Origin: Micavibrio sp.
Lineage (GTDB): Bacteria; Pseudomonadota; Alphaproteobacteria; Micavibrionales; Micavibrionaceae
Length of the DNA: 64,000 bases
Reading direction: 5' to 3'
NCBI GenBank assembly: GCA_046294845.1
Contig: JBKBNU010000002.1
Coordinates: 10,940 to 74,939, forward strand
Positions within the stretch are counted from its first letter, which is position 1, and each line of letters opens with the position of its first letter. The position numbers were made by a program, and so were the translations under genes. This document shows positions 1 through 13,891 of the stretch, piece by piece. A model generated the notes under the pieces. That model searched no databases. It worked only from the letters and a program-made list of their open reading frames with translations, and was not told where the DNA came from.

Positions 1-384
1 GGATTTGATGCCTATAATACGGTTGGTCATGATGCTGCTTCTCACGCAGCCATGACCGAACATAAAAACTGGGCTTTGCCGACCGCTGGAATGTTCTCAC
101 TGCTGGCTTTATGGGCTTTGTGGAAACAACGCGGAGCAAAAACAGTTAGCCCTGTATTCGTCGCAGTCATCATGTTGGCTTCCGGCTTGCTGGCCGTGAC
201 CGGCTATAAGGGTGGCGAGGTTGTTTACCGCCACGGCACTGGCGTGATGCGGATGCCGGAAATACAAGGTGATGGCGGTCATGGCAGTCATGACCACGGC
301 GGTATGGCCGGACATCATGAAACCGAAGAACAGGCAGCGCCGCAGGAAGAAAGTCATCATGACCACAGCGGCCACGAGCATTAG
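1..384 (+). CDS. Membrane protein with His-rich C-terminal tail (DUF2231-like); 5' end runs off the window
   Basis: The frame is open from base 1 (GFDAYNTVGHDAASHAA precedes the Met at 52). It has two hydrophobic helices and a tail GGHGSHDHGGMAGHHE...HHDHSGHEH. The family name is from memory and was not searched. Confidence 0.5.
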   Translation, partial: GFDAYNTVGHDAASHAAMTEHKNWALPTAGMFSLLALWALWKQRGAKTVSPVFVAVIMLASGLLAVTGYKGGEVVYRHGTGVMRMPEIQGDGGHGSHDHGGMAGHHETEEQAAPQEESHHDHSGHEH

Positions 385-401
385 AATAAAGGATTGTAAA
401 A

Positions 402-1772
402 ATGAATAGTTTCAGATGTATCACAGCAATATCAGCGGCCCTTGTTTTTTTAAGCGGGTGCTCACTCACGCCTGATTATCAAAGGCCAGAAATCGAAACG
501 CCTGCCTGGCGGGATGCACAAAGCATCCAAAATGCTGAAATCGCTGCTGACTGGTGGACAAATTTTGAAAGCGCTGAGTTAAACGCGCTTATGGAGCGCG
601 CACTCGGTAATAACAATAATTTACAAGCCTCTTTGCAGCGTATCGAACAAGCGCGCGCTGATTTAAAAATTGCAGGTGCCTCTCTTCTACCGTCAGCGGA
701 TGTGACGGCAAGCTATATGAGCGGCTCCACGCAGGCGATGAATATCACCGATATGCGCAATAAAGGCATTTCCGAATATACGGCGGATATTGGCATATCT
801 TACGAACTCGATCTATTCGGCGCCAACAGAGCAAAAGCGGGTGCAGCGGAAGATCGGCTTTTGAGCGTTGCCTATAAGCATGACGCGCTGGCGCTCGTGA
901 TTATGGGAGATGTAGCACAAAACTACTTCAATGTTTTGAATTTGAAAGAACGTGTGCGCATTGCAAACGATAATTTGCAGGCTACGCAAGATTTATTGAA
1001 AGTCGCTAAAGCTCGGTTTCAGACCGGAGCGCGGACACAGCTTGATATAACACGTCAGGAAACGCAAGTGGCCAGAGCCAATGCTGCTGTGACGGTATTG
1101 GAACAGGAGTTGGCGCTGGCGCAAAATGCCCTGGCCGTGCTTGTCGGCGATCCGCCACAGAGCTTTAATATTAGTGAAAACAATATAAGCGGCCTTCGTC
1201 TGCCTTCTCCTGCGGTGTTGCAACCTGCTGCGCTGCTTGAACGCAGACCGGATGTCAAAAGCATGGAAGCCATGCTTAAAGCCGCCAATGCCGACATCGG
1301 CGCAGCGCGGGCGGCCTTTTATCCGTCTGTGAATATCGGACCCAGCCTATTGCTCGCGGCCAATCCATCAGCTTCTGCTTTAACTTTGGCAGGCTCGATC
1401 ATTGCACCTATCTTTCAGGGTGGCCGTTTGGACGGTAATTTGGGTCGTGTAACCGCTCGTCAGAAAGAGCTGGTCGAAAATTATCAACAAACGGTTCTGG
1501 TTGCCTTTCAAGAGGCGGAGAACGCTCTGACCAAAGTGCAAAAAACGCTGGAAAGGGAAAACGCGTTGAGACAAGCCGCAACCAAAGCGCGTGAAGCCTA
1601 CGATATAGCCAAAAACCAATATAGTTTGAGCGTCATCGAGTTTCAGGATGTTTTAGATTCACAGCGCATGATGCTAGAGTCCGAAGATCAATATGAACGC
1701 GCCCGTTATGAAACCCTGGCCGCCCGCATTGAGCTTTTCAAAGCCATGGGCGGCGGGTGGAAAGAAAAATAG
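402..1772 (+). CDS. RND efflux outer-membrane factor lipoprotein (NodT/OprM family)
   Basis: 456 aa. Lipoprotein signal with lipobox LSGC, then TPDYQRPE..P.W, the N-terminus typical of NodT-family outer membrane factors. Two-repeat outer membrane efflux protein architecture. Confidence 0.85.
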   Translation: MNSFRCITAISAALVFLSGCSLTPDYQRPEIETPAWRDAQSIQNAEIAADWWTNFESAELNALMERALGNNNNLQASLQRIEQARADLKIAGASLLPSADVTASYMSGSTQAMNITDMRNKGISEYTADIGISYELDLFGANRAKAGAAEDRLLSVAYKHDALALVIMGDVAQNYFNVLNLKERVRIANDNLQATQDLLKVAKARFQTGARTQLDITRQETQVARANAAVTVLEQELALAQNALAVLVGDPPQSFNISENNISGLRLPSPAVLQPAALLERRPDVKSMEAMLKAANADIGAARAAFYPSVNIGPSLLLAANPSASALTLAGSIIAPIFQGGRLDGNLGRVTARQKELVENYQQTVLVAFQEAENALTKVQKTLERENALRQAATKAREAYDIAKNQYSLSVIEFQDVLDSQRMMLESEDQYERARYETLAARIELFKAMGGGWKEK

Positions 1773-1789
1773 AAAAAGGAAAGTGAATC

Positions 1790-2011
1790 ATGTCCCATCA
1801 ACATCATAAAGGTTTTATTGGTTTCATTCTGTCATGGAAAGGTTTTGTGCTGATTTTGGCCCTAGCTGGAATTAGTTATTACCTGCTGACACAACATCTT
1901 GAACATTTGGCTGTAGCTCTGCCGTACTTAATCCTGTTGGCTTGTCCACTCATACACATATTCGGGCATGGGCATGGAGGCCATGGTCATCACAAGGAAG
2001 ATAAAGAATGA
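1790..2011 (+). CDS. Small 2-TM protein with His-rich termini (DUF2933-like)
   Basis: 73 aa. Starts MSHQHHKG and ends [18 protein letters not shown], with two hydrophobic helices. Its stop overlaps the next gene's start (2008/2011). Confidence 0.55.
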   Translation: MSHQHHKGFIGFILSWKGFVLILALAGISYYLLTQHLEHLAVALPYLILLACPLIHIFGHGHGGHGHHKEDKE

Positions 2012-3345
2012 GACATAGCCACGACCGATCAGCAAAATATAACAAAAACAGCCTGACGCTCATAGGTGCTGTTTCGATGGGCACCGGCGTGATGATCGGA
2101 GCCGGGATATTCGCTCTGACCGGGCAAGTAGCGGATCTGGCGCGTGAATGGTTCCCGCTAGCTTTTTTGGCGGCGGCTGTGATTACGGGCTTTAGCGCTT
2201 ATTCCTACGTGAAAATGTCCAACGCTTATCCATCCGCAGGCGGCATAGCGATGTTCTTAGAAAAAGCCTACGGAAAAACTTTTATGACGGCGGGTTGCGC
2301 CTTGCTGATGTATTTTTCCATGGTGATTAATGAAAGCCTTGTGGCGCGGACGTTTGGCACTTACACGCTGCAACTCTTTGACGCGGACAAGAATAGCTGG
2401 CTTGTTCCGGCTTTAGGGGTCGGGCTTTTGGCCTTTGCGTTTCTTGTGAATATTCTCGGCAATAAATTCATTCAAACATTTTCGTTCTTTATGGCCTTCC
2501 TGAAAATTGGCGGTATTGCGCTTTTAGCCGCGGGCGGGTTATGGGCATCCGGCCTAAGCTTTGAAAGCATATCTGTGAAGCCGGAAGAAACCACGCTTGG
2601 CGGGTTTTTAGGTGCAACCGCACTGGCTATTCTGGCCTATAAGGGCTTTACCACCATCACTAACAGTGGCGGCGAGATCAAAGACCCGCATAAGAATGTC
2701 GGGCGCGCGATCATCATTGCGATTGCTATTTGCGTTGTCTTGTATTTGATGGTCACGCTGGCGGTCGGCGGCAATCTCTCGATTGATGAAATTATCACGG
2801 CAAAAGACTATTCTCTGGCCGAGGCTTCACGGCCCGCCTTTGGCCAGTACGGTCTGTGGGTGACGGTCGGTTTTGCCATTATTGCGACTGTCTCCGGCGT
2901 GATTGCTAGCGTGTTTGCAGTATCGCGGATGTTGGCCATGCTCACTGATATGAAGCTGGTACCGCACAGCCATTTCGGTATGCCGGGCGATATTCAAAAA
3001 CATACGCTAGTTTATACGATTGTTCTAGCGATGCTGCTGACAGTGTTTTTTGATCTCAGCCGGATCGCCTCGCTCGGTGCGATTTTTTACATCATCATGG
3101 ATATTGCCGTGCATTGGGGTGTGCTGCGGTATCTGCGTAAGGAAATCAAAGCCAATGCGTTTATTTTAATAACGGCCATCATTCTGGATGTGATCGTGCT
3201 GGGAGCGTTCCTGATGGTAAAGGTGCAAACGGATATGCTGGTCATCTATGTTGCGCTGGCAGGCATAGCATTTATTTTTGCCGGGGAAAGACTATTTTTA
3301 AAGCATTATTCCAAATTAGAGGAAGGACATTCACATGGAGCATAA
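2008..3345 (+). CDS. APC-superfamily amino acid/polyamine-type permease
   Basis: 445 aa with about 12 hydrophobic helices. N-terminal [21 protein letters not shown] is an APC-type segment. It overlaps both the upstream stop and the downstream ATPase start (3335/3345). Confidence 0.8.
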   Translation: MRHSHDRSAKYNKNSLTLIGAVSMGTGVMIGAGIFALTGQVADLAREWFPLAFLAAAVITGFSAYSYVKMSNAYPSAGGIAMFLEKAYGKTFMTAGCALLMYFSMVINESLVARTFGTYTLQLFDADKNSWLVPALGVGLLAFAFLVNILGNKFIQTFSFFMAFLKIGGIALLAAGGLWASGLSFESISVKPEETTLGGFLGATALAILAYKGFTTITNSGGEIKDPHKNVGRAIIIAIAICVVLYLMVTLAVGGNLSIDEIITAKDYSLAEASRPAFGQYGLWVTVGFAIIATVSGVIASVFAVSRMLAMLTDMKLVPHSHFGMPGDIQKHTLVYTIVLAMLLTVFFDLSRIASLGAIFYIIMDIAVHWGVLRYLRKEIKANAFILITAIILDVIVLGAFLMVKVQTDMLVIYVALAGIAFIFAGERLFLKHYSKLEEGHSHGA

Positions 3346-5548
3346 ACATCATAAACACGAAAAGCCTGAAGATCATTCATGTTGTCATCATGAGCATGGT
3401 GAAAAACCAAACCCTATTGAGGTTCCTGCTGGTGTCGATGTGATTTATACCTGCCCCATGCACCCGGAAGTGCGTCAAGAGGGGCCGGGAAACTGTCCGA
3501 TATGCGGCATGGCGCTGGAGCCGGAAACGATCACCGGAGAAGAAGGTGAAAATCCTGAATTAACTGATTTTAAAAGACGCTTCTGGATCGGCCTGGTTTT
3601 AACCCTGCCGGTGTTTGCGCTGGAAATGGGCGCGCATCTTCTGGATTTGCACCATTACATCAGCGGCGCAGTTTCTAACTGGATACAGCTTGTGCTGGCC
3701 ACACCGGTCGTCCTTTGGGCGGGCAAGCCGTTCTTTGAACGCGGCTGGCAATCCTTAAAAACCCGCAACCTGAATATGTTTACTCTGATTGCCATGGGAA
3801 CAGGCGTGGCATGGCTCTATAGTATCGTGGCGACACTGGCCCCCGGCATCTTTCCCGATACATTCCGGCAGGATGGCGCGGTCGCCGTGTATTTTGAAGC
3901 TGCCGCCGTGATTACGGTGCTGGTGCTGCTCGGCCAGGTTCTGGAACTCAAAGCCCGTGAACAGACCGGCGGCGCGATCCGCGCCCTGCTTGATCTGGCT
4001 CCGAAAACGGCATGCAGGGTGAATGAAAACGGCGAGGATGAAGACGTACCGCTGGATCAGATCAAGGTCGGGGACTTGCTCCGCGTCCGCCCCGGCGAAA
4101 AAGTGCCGCTGGATGGTGTTGTCACCGAAGGTAAAAGCGCGGTGGACGAATCTATGGTCACCGGTGAGTCCATGCCGGTTAAAAAGGAACCCGGCAGCAA
4201 AGTCATCGGCGCAACGATGAACCAGACCGGCAGTTTTGTGATGAAGGCCGAGCGTGTTGGCAAGGACACCATGCTCTCGCAAATCGTGCATATGGTTGCC
4301 GAGGCGCAGCGCAGCCGCGCGCCTATTCAAAGACTGGCCGATATTGTTTCGGGATGGTTTGTGCCTGCGGTTATTGCTGTGGCTGCTATCGCATTTATTG
4401 TCTGGATGATCTACGGGCCGTCACCTGCTTTCAGCTATGGCCTGATCGCCGCTGTCAGCGTTCTGATTATCGCCTGTCCCTGCGCTTTGGGGCTGGCCAC
4501 ACCGATGTCGATCATGGTCGGGGTCGGCAAGGGCGCGCAGGCTGGCGTGCTGATTAAGAATGCCGAGGCGCTGGAGCGCATGGAAAAGGTTGATACGCTG
4601 GTGATTGATAAAACCGGTACGCTGACCGAGGGCAAACCGACCGTGACCAAGATCGTCGCTGCCGAAGGCTTTGCCGAGGATGAATTATTGGTGCTGGCCG
4701 CTTCGCTGGAACAGGGCAGTGAGCATCCGCTGGCCCATGCCATTGTGATGGCGGCGAAGGACAAGGGGTTGGATTTGCCACAAACGGAAGGTTTTGACTC
4801 ACCCACCGGCAAGGGTGTGATTGGTACAATTGACGGATGGGATATTGCCCTTGGGAATGTCATGTTGATGAAAGAACAATCCGTTGATGTATCAGCTTTA
4901 TCTGCACAGGCTGATGAATTGCGCAGTGATGGCGCGACGGTAATTTTTATTGCTGTAAATGGTAAGCCTGCAGGGCTTCTGGCGATTGCCGATCCGATCA
5001 AGGAGACAACGCCCGCCGCGATCAAAGCCCTGCATGAACAGGGCATTCGCATTGTCATGCTCACCGGCGATAATCGCCGCACCGCAGAGGCAGTGGCGAA
5101 AATACTGGGTATTGAGGAAGTTGAAGCGGAAATCCTGCCGGAAGATAAGAGCAGGATCGTCAAAAAACTACGCGCTGAAGGCAAAGTCGTCGCCATGGCC
5201 GGAGACGGCACCAATGACGCTCCGGCGCTGGCTGCCGCCGATGTTGGCATCGCCATGGGCACTGGTACGGATGTGGCGATGGAAAGCGCGGGTATCACGC
5301 TCCTAAAAGGTGATCTGACCGGGATTGTTCGCGCTCACAAGTTATCTGTGGCGACGATGAATAATATCCGGCAGAACTTGTTCTTTGCGTTTATTTACAA
5401 CATGGCGGGTGTACCAGTGGCCGCAGGCATTCTCTACCCGGTCTTTGGCATACTGCTCTCGCCGATTATCGCGGCAGCAGCCATGTCCCTGTCCTCTGTC
5501 AGTGTGATTGCCAATGCCCTAAGATTAAAATTCCTGAGCCTCAAGTGA
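3335..5548 (+). CDS. copA: Cu(I)/Ag(I)-translocating P1B-type ATPase
   Basis: 737 aa. His-rich N-terminus ([21 protein letters not shown]) and Cys module [17 protein letters not shown]6 CPC ([13 protein letters not shown]), [19 protein letters not shown]7 YN (FIYNMAG) and TM8 MSLSS give the P1B-1 signature. Confidence 0.93.
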   Translation: MEHKHHKHEKPEDHSCCHHEHGEKPNPIEVPAGVDVIYTCPMHPEVRQEGPGNCPICGMALEPETITGEEGENPELTDFKRRFWIGLVLTLPVFALEMGAHLLDLHHYISGAVSNWIQLVLATPVVLWAGKPFFERGWQSLKTRNLNMFTLIAMGTGVAWLYSIVATLAPGIFPDTFRQDGAVAVYFEAAAVITVLVLLGQVLELKAREQTGGAIRALLDLAPKTACRVNENGEDEDVPLDQIKVGDLLRVRPGEKVPLDGVVTEGKSAVDESMVTGESMPVKKEPGSKVIGATMNQTGSFVMKAERVGKDTMLSQIVHMVAEAQRSRAPIQRLADIVSGWFVPAVIAVAAIAFIVWMIYGPSPAFSYGLIAAVSVLIIACPCALGLATPMSIMVGVGKGAQAGVLIKNAEALERMEKVDTLVIDKTGTLTEGKPTVTKIVAAEGFAEDELLVLAASLEQGSEHPLAHAIVMAAKDKGLDLPQTEGFDSPTGKGVIGTIDGWDIALGNVMLMKEQSVDVSALSAQADELRSDGATVIFIAVNGKPAGLLAIADPIKETTPAAIKALHEQGIRIVMLTGDNRRTAEAVAKILGIEEVEAEILPEDKSRIVKKLRAEGKVVAMAGDGTNDAPALAAADVGIAMGTGTDVAMESAGITLLKGDLTGIVRAHKLSVATMNNIRQNLFFAFIYNMAGVPVAAGILYPVFGILLSPIIAAAAMSLSSVSVIANALRLKFLSLK

Positions 5549-5666
5549 GTAACAATCTTATTTAACAGGCCAAGCCCGATGATTTCGGTCAATAACGTAA
5601 TCATGCTTATGCTAGCATCCCTTATCTGATACGCTTTCGTTTGCGGCTCGCAAAATTTAGTGCTCA

Positions 5667-8849
<3,183 letters not shown>

Positions 8850-9950
8850 TTAATGTTCGTGCGCCGCACCGGATTTCAGAATATCGGCTTTAATGATAAA
8901 ACTGCTTTCGCTGACATAGTCCTGCTCGGCTTTAAGGCCGCTAAGAATTTCAACATACTCGCCATCTGAAATACCCGTTTTGACAGGCTTCATTTCATAT
9001 CTGTTGCCTTCTTTTACGAAGACGACCGTTTGATCTTCCATTGTCTGCAAGGCAGAGGCGCGCACAGCCAGCGCAACCTGCTTTTCAGAAACGCGCACAT
9101 CACCCTCAACCGTCATGCCGGGCCGCCACTTACCCTTATCATTGGCAAGAGGCGCAATCGCAACGAGCGTCTGGCTTAGGGCATCAGCAGTGGGAAAGAG
9201 CATTTCGATTTTGGCATTGCCCTCTTTCCCTTCATCCAGCGTATGAACGCGCACGCTCTGGCCGGAGGCGACCAAATCCGCATCTTTGGGAAAAACGTGA
9301 AACTTCGCCCATACTTCTGATAGATCGGCAATAATGAATAACGGCTCGTCACCCGCAACATCACCAATATTGGTATTTCTCTCCAAAATAACACCGCTAA
9401 TGGGGGCAGTAACATTGTAATCCTGCAAGCTCTCGTTGCTTTCAACAACGGCCAGAACCTGTCCTTTTTCAACTTTTTCGCCAAGATTGGCTTTGACGCT
9501 GCGAATAATGCCCGCAAAACGCGCCCTTACATCGGCCTTTGTATTCTGGTTGATGGTAATGCGGCCTGTTAAAGGGATTACATTTGCGATTGTGGCAGGG
9601 GCGCTTTTCTCTATTTTGATGCCTGCCGTTTGAGCGGCATCCGGCGCAATCTGCGTTTTTCCTTCTTCATGCTCACCATGCTCATCGCCGTGTTCACCAC
9701 CATGGCCATGATCGTCATGCTCATCTTTTTGCTCGTGACTTTCATGGCCGTGGTCATCGTGATCGTCCGTTTCTTCGCCATGGTCATTGTGTTCATCCCC
9801 ATTATCATGTGCGTGGCCTTCGGCCTCATCATGCGTTTCATGGGATTCTTCATGGGCGTGGCCATCCTGCTCCTGCGCATAAGCCGGAATAGTTGCAGCG
9901 GGTGCTATCAGCCACATAAGCAATGCAGCGGTCAGTATTTGATATTTCAT
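8850..9950 (-). CDS. czcB: RND periplasmic adaptor (membrane fusion protein), CzcB-like, with long His/Asp/Glu-rich N-terminal region
   Basis: 366 aa. Signal peptide, then an acidic His-rich stretch of about 75 aa (GHAHEESHETHDEAEGHAHDNGDEHNDHGEE...), then membrane-fusion-protein core segments (GQVLAVVES, NVTAPISGVI). 4-bp overlap with the upstream gene. Confidence 0.85.
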   Translation of the reverse strand: MKYQILTAALLMWLIAPAATIPAYAQEQDGHAHEESHETHDEAEGHAHDNGDEHNDHGEETDDHDDHGHESHEQKDEHDDHGHGGEHGDEHGEHEEGKTQIAPDAAQTAGIKIEKSAPATIANVIPLTGRITINQNTKADVRARFAGIIRSVKANLGEKVEKGQVLAVVESNESLQDYNVTAPISGVILERNTNIGDVAGDEPLFIIADLSEVWAKFHVFPKDADLVASGQSVRVHTLDEGKEGNAKIEMLFPTADALSQTLVAIAPLANDKGKWRPGMTVEGDVRVSEKQVALAVRASALQTMEDQTVVFVKEGNRYEMKPVKTGISDGEYVEILSGLKAEQDYVSESSFIIKADILKSGAAHEH

Positions 9951-11209
9951 TTCGCATCTCCTTGGATGATGTTTTGTATAAGGGGTTCATGAATATTCAT
10001 GAGAAAGTCGGTTTGGGCTTTGGCCTCATATAAAGCCAGCAAGCTGTCCAGTCTTGATTCCTGCACTTCATACAGAGTGCGCTGCGCATCGAGCAGATCG
10101 AGGAATGAGAACCGCCCGGCGCTGTAACCATCCGATGCTTGCGCGTAAGCACGCTCGGCACTTGGCACCATGTCGCCTTGATAGGCTTGTGCTTCTTTAT
10201 GGGCTGCGGCCAATTTTTCCCACGCTGCAATGGCGCTTTGCCGCAAATCCAAATCCTGCTGGCGCGCCAGTGCATCTGCCTCTATGATTCCGGCCTTGGC
10301 CGCTTTGACAGACCCTTGATTCCGGTTAAACACAGGCAGGGGAAAAGAAAGGCCAGCGACCAAAGCTGTGCTGTCGTTTTCATTAAAGCGGCGGACTCCC
10401 AAACCAAATGTAGGGTTTGGGATGCCTTGCGCCCTTGCCAGATCAAGCTGACTTGTGGCTCGCATCTTGGCAAATTCACTGGCGCGCGCTTGCGGCGTGT
10501 TTCTTACCGCATCCAATAGAGCGGCGCGATCAGGAAGGGCTGGCAATTCCTCAAGTCCGGCCTGCACTGGCATATCACCTGGCGCTCCTAAAAGCGAAGC
10601 AAGTACACTCTGCGCTTCTGCCAATTCCGCCTCTGCCTTGCTTTTTTCCAATTTGGCAGCGGATTGCTCTATATCGGCTTTGGTGTGTTGAATGTCGGAT
10701 GCCGCTGCTGCGCTTACCCGTTTTTTTACAGTTTCATGCGTTTCATCGGCCAAAGACAAACGTTTCTCTGCAAGCTCAAGACGCTCCCGCGCGATAGCCA
10801 CGCGCATAAACGCATATTCAGTTTCGGCCAATAAACTTAAAGCTTCCGCGATTGCCTGCTGCCGGGTAATCTGAAACCCATAATCGGCGACCTCAGTACG
10901 CTTGCCACGTTTTCCGGCAATTTCGATTTCTTGTTCTACACCGAGCGTTGTTTCTGCTCCGTCAAAGCCATCGCGCTCATCCTCACCGCCGAAATTCTCA
11001 ATTTCCAGTACAGCTTCGGGGTTTGGCATGAGAGATGCTTGTAAGCGTTCTCCTTCTGCACCCTCAATACGGGCTAACGCCGCGCTCAGGCGGGGGTTAT
11101 TTTTTAGAGCTAGCGACAACGCGGCCTCTTTATCAAGCGGCTCAGCAAACGCTGCTGGTGCGAACGACAACGATAATACGAGCGCAGCTATTCCTATCCA
11201 TAATCTCAT
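9947..11209 (-). CDS. czcC: TolC-family outer membrane factor, CzcC-like
   Basis: 420 aa. Signal peptide (AAFA|EP) and two-repeat outer membrane efflux protein helical sequence. First gene of a C-B-A ordered operon. Confidence 0.85.
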   Translation of the reverse strand: MRLWIGIAALVLSLSFAPAAFAEPLDKEAALSLALKNNPRLSAALARIEGAEGERLQASLMPNPEAVLEIENFGGEDERDGFDGAETTLGVEQEIEIAGKRGKRTEVADYGFQITRQQAIAEALSLLAETEYAFMRVAIARERLELAEKRLSLADETHETVKKRVSAAAASDIQHTKADIEQSAAKLEKSKAEAELAEAQSVLASLLGAPGDMPVQAGLEELPALPDRAALLDAVRNTPQARASEFAKMRATSQLDLARAQGIPNPTFGLGVRRFNENDSTALVAGLSFPLPVFNRNQGSVKAAKAGIIEADALARQQDLDLRQSAIAAWEKLAAAHKEAQAYQGDMVPSAERAYAQASDGYSAGRFSFLDLLDAQRTLYEVQESRLDSLLALYEAKAQTDFLMNIHEPLIQNIIQGDAK

Positions 11210-11334
11210 TTTCTATTCCTTAAGTTTTATTGAAAGCGCGAAAAAACCGCATGAAATTCATGCAGTTTGGGAGGCACAGGTCATAGGTATCGCGGACGCT
11301 TAGCTTTTAAGCGGACGCACTACGCCTGTGGGCA

Positions 11335-11670
11335 TTAAGCTTTCGGGGGGCGTTTAAGACCGTAAATAAGGTCGGAAATATAGACCTGCTGCTCTTCAAG
11401 AGCGCGCTGATCCTTACCTGAGACTTTCAAGGAAAAAGCATCGTGAGTAGACGATGACATGTGAGAATGGCTACAATGCATACCGCAGCCACCGCACGCC
11501 ATGTCGCAACAGCCATCAGGAGCAGCGTCATTATCAGGCACATTATCTATATGTTGGGATGCACAGATTTCTGATGAAGCCTCATTACATACCGTTTCGG
11601 CATGCGCCAAGCTGGCCGTCAAAGAGACGAGCAAAGCAAAAACAGAGAATAGCATCAAAAACTTGCGCAT
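11335..11670 (-). CDS. Small secreted Cys/His-rich protein (putative periplasmic metal-binding)
   Basis: 111 aa. Signal peptide (SLAHA|ET) and cluster CCDMACGGCGMHCSHSHM. Lies directly upstream of czcC on the same strand. No family recognised. Confidence 0.45.
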   Translation of the reverse strand: MRKFLMLFSVFALLVSLTASLAHAETVCNEASSEICASQHIDNVPDNDAAPDGCCDMACGGCGMHCSHSHMSSSTHDAFSLKVSGKDQRALEEQQVYISDLIYGLKRPPKA

Positions 11671-11993
11671 TTTTTTAAGATAGCATTAGAGCGTTAATAA
11701 CTCAATCCGCATCGTCTGTTATTTTTATTTCACATGCTATCCGGTTCGCGCTCTCTACTCAAAACCGTAAAAAATATGAAATGGTCAACACATTGAAAAA
11801 AACGGTAAAAACCTGAAGGGCATTTTTATAATTGCCTCTACAGCTTCAGAGAAAAATCGGTATTTAGAGAGAAAATGGGGGTATAAATGGCTTTTTGAGG
11901 GGGAACGTACCCTTTAGCTTTGGGCGCAAAAGCCCAAAAACTCTGCCCTTTTGTAAGGGATTACAAGGCTTAGAGAGAGTTTGGATTTAGAAG

Positions 11994-12010
11994 ATTGGTT
12001 GCGGGAGTAG
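11994..12010. repeat. Distal island direct repeat (att core copy)
   Basis: Exact 17-mer shared with 30830-30846. The sequence diverges immediately on both sides. Confidence 0.6.
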
Positions 12011-12256
12011 TAACCGAGTATTCGGCTTAAGTGTTGTAAATAAAAGAGATTTTTAATTTACGAGCTGAGCGTATACCCCGACCTGTACCCTAAAAACTAT
12101 CCACAGTATTTCGGGATTTGAGCTAGCGGCCTTAATGCTTTTCCCCTGCCCCCCTCTTCAAGCATACACACTTTCACAGCCCATCCTTATGGTTTCATTC
12201 ATAATAAAATATGCTAGTTTACAAGCACCTTACCGACAGGCACATAAAGCAAAAAT

Positions 12257-13891
12257 ATGGAAAAATTAAGCCTTAGAAAAACTGTAAAAAATTTAGGCGC
12301 TGCAAAGCTTACATCGCTGATCGGCATGGAACGCCTTAAGTCCATACATGCTATCATGCAGGAAAGAGTAACTGAAAATCAGCTTGCCGATATTCTGTTA
12401 CTACGTTTTGGCACACAGATTTTCACCAACAAAGACTTCCGGCTTGCGATTCTTCACGCCCTGCCAAAGGAAGCGTTGGCCTATCTCGCACATGGCGACA
12501 GTAAAGCACCGCTGACGGAAAAAGATCTGGGTCGGCTGGAGAAGGCCACATGGTCGAGAACCAGTGAATTTACCGAGCGCATCCTTTTCCTATTTGGGCT
12601 TGAGCCTGAATATTTGCCCCCGGTAAAACATATTATTCCGAGCGTGGACGTTCTCGGAACTGACACATTTCTTTTCCCCTATCAGAAGCGTGTCAAAGAC
12701 AAGTTTATAAAATCTCTTATTACCGGTACGACACGGCTTTTACTTCATTTGCCAACCGGAGCGGGTAAGACCCGTACCAGTATCGAAGGACTAGTCGATT
12801 TTTGGCGTTCGCAAGGCGATAAAGCCGGATATATGATATGGCTTACAGACTCAGAAGAACTTTGCACCCAAGCCGAGGAAACTTTCACAAAACTATGGAG
12901 GGTACGCGGCGACAGGCCGATAAACCTGATCCGGCTTTGGGGTTCTCATAAAATTGAATCCCTGCAGCCTGAAGGCGGGCTGATTATTGCCGGGCTGCAA
13001 AAGCTGCACCGAATGAGAACCAGTGCCTCCAACGCGGAATTTAAACTTATTAGTGAGATTCACCGTCGTGCCCGGCTGATCGTCGTTGACGAGGCCCACA
13101 AGAGCATAGCGCCAACATATAAGGCGACTATCGAATTTTTATGCGACCTCGACAAAACAAGACTGATCGGTTTGACCGCGACACCCGGCCGCACCGCCGA
13201 AGGCCAGATTGCTGAGCTAGTAAAATTCTACGGCAATACGAAGATCACACTGACCGATGAGGATGAAAACGAAGTTGAAGATCCGATAGCCTATCTGCAG
13301 GAACACAAATATCTGTCAAGCATTACTCGCAGACGGATTCCTACAGACATTACAATTGACCTGACACCGGAAGAAAGAAAGTCCATCAGCGAGTTTTTTG
13401 AAATTCCACCGAGAGTGCTCATCGAACTATCTAAAAACGATCAGCGGAACGCTCTGATAGTAAAGGAAACGGCAAAACTCCAGCAGGACGATCACCAGAC
13501 CATTCTTTTTGCATGTTCTGTGGAGCACGCCCACCTGCTTACAGAGCTTCTTATGATACGCGGCATCGAGGCAAGGTGTGTTGATGGCTCTACCCCGGCC
13601 CACGACCGGGCGGCCTATATTGATGACTTTAAGGCCGGCAATATTAAGGTCCTAGTCAACTACGGCGTTCTGACCACCGGCTTTGATGCCCCGAATACGG
13701 ACGCGGTGATTATCACCCGGCCAACAGGTTCTTTAGTCCTCTATTCTCAGATGATCGGGCGCGGTATCCGTGGCCCTAAGATGGGTGGTACTCCCGATTG
13801 TATTCTGATAGATATGGAAGATAATTTATTAGGGTATCCTTCCGAAAGGCAGGCATTCAAATTCTTTGATAGTCACTGGAGCACAGAATAA
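12257..13891 (+). CDS. SF2 DEAH-box helicase (ResIII/XPB-like)
   Basis: 544 aa. Motif I LHLPTGAGKT, II VVDEAH, III LTATPGR, VI QMIGRGIRG. The stop TAA shares its A with the next ATG (13891). Confidence 0.85.
   Translation: MEKLSLRKTVKNLGAAKLTSLIGMERLKSIHAIMQERVTENQLADILLLRFGTQIFTNKDFRLAILHALPKEALAYLAHGDSKAPLTEKDLGRLEKATWSRTSEFTERILFLFGLEPEYLPPVKHIIPSVDVLGTDTFLFPYQKRVKDKFIKSLITGTTRLLLHLPTGAGKTRTSIEGLVDFWRSQGDKAGYMIWLTDSEELCTQAEETFTKLWRVRGDRPINLIRLWGSHKIESLQPEGGLIIAGLQKLHRMRTSASNAEFKLISEIHRRARLIVVDEAHKSIAPTYKATIEFLCDLDKTRLIGLTATPGRTAEGQIAELVKFYGNTKITLTDEDENEVEDPIAYLQEHKYLSSITRRRIPTDITIDLTPEERKSISEFFEIPPRVLIELSKNDQRNALIVKETAKLQQDDHQTILFACSVEHAHLLTELLMIRGIEARCVDGSTPAHDRAAYIDDFKAGNIKVLVNYGVLTTGFDAPNTDAVIITRPTGSLVLYSQMIGRGIRGPKMGGTPDCILIDMEDNLLGYPSERQAFKFFDSHWSTE

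Noticed and set aside
3755-5298. Long antisense ORFs inside large genes. Examples: 3755-4330, 4435-5298, 5641-6228, 7279-7848, 34417-35181, 46612-47313, 49005-49922, 49685-50506, 51541-52239, 55641-56159, 56725-57258.
   Set aside because: These are shadow ORFs opposite well-supported genes with strong motifs. Their translations are low-complexity (Arg/Ala/Ser/Pro-rich) and match no recognisable family.
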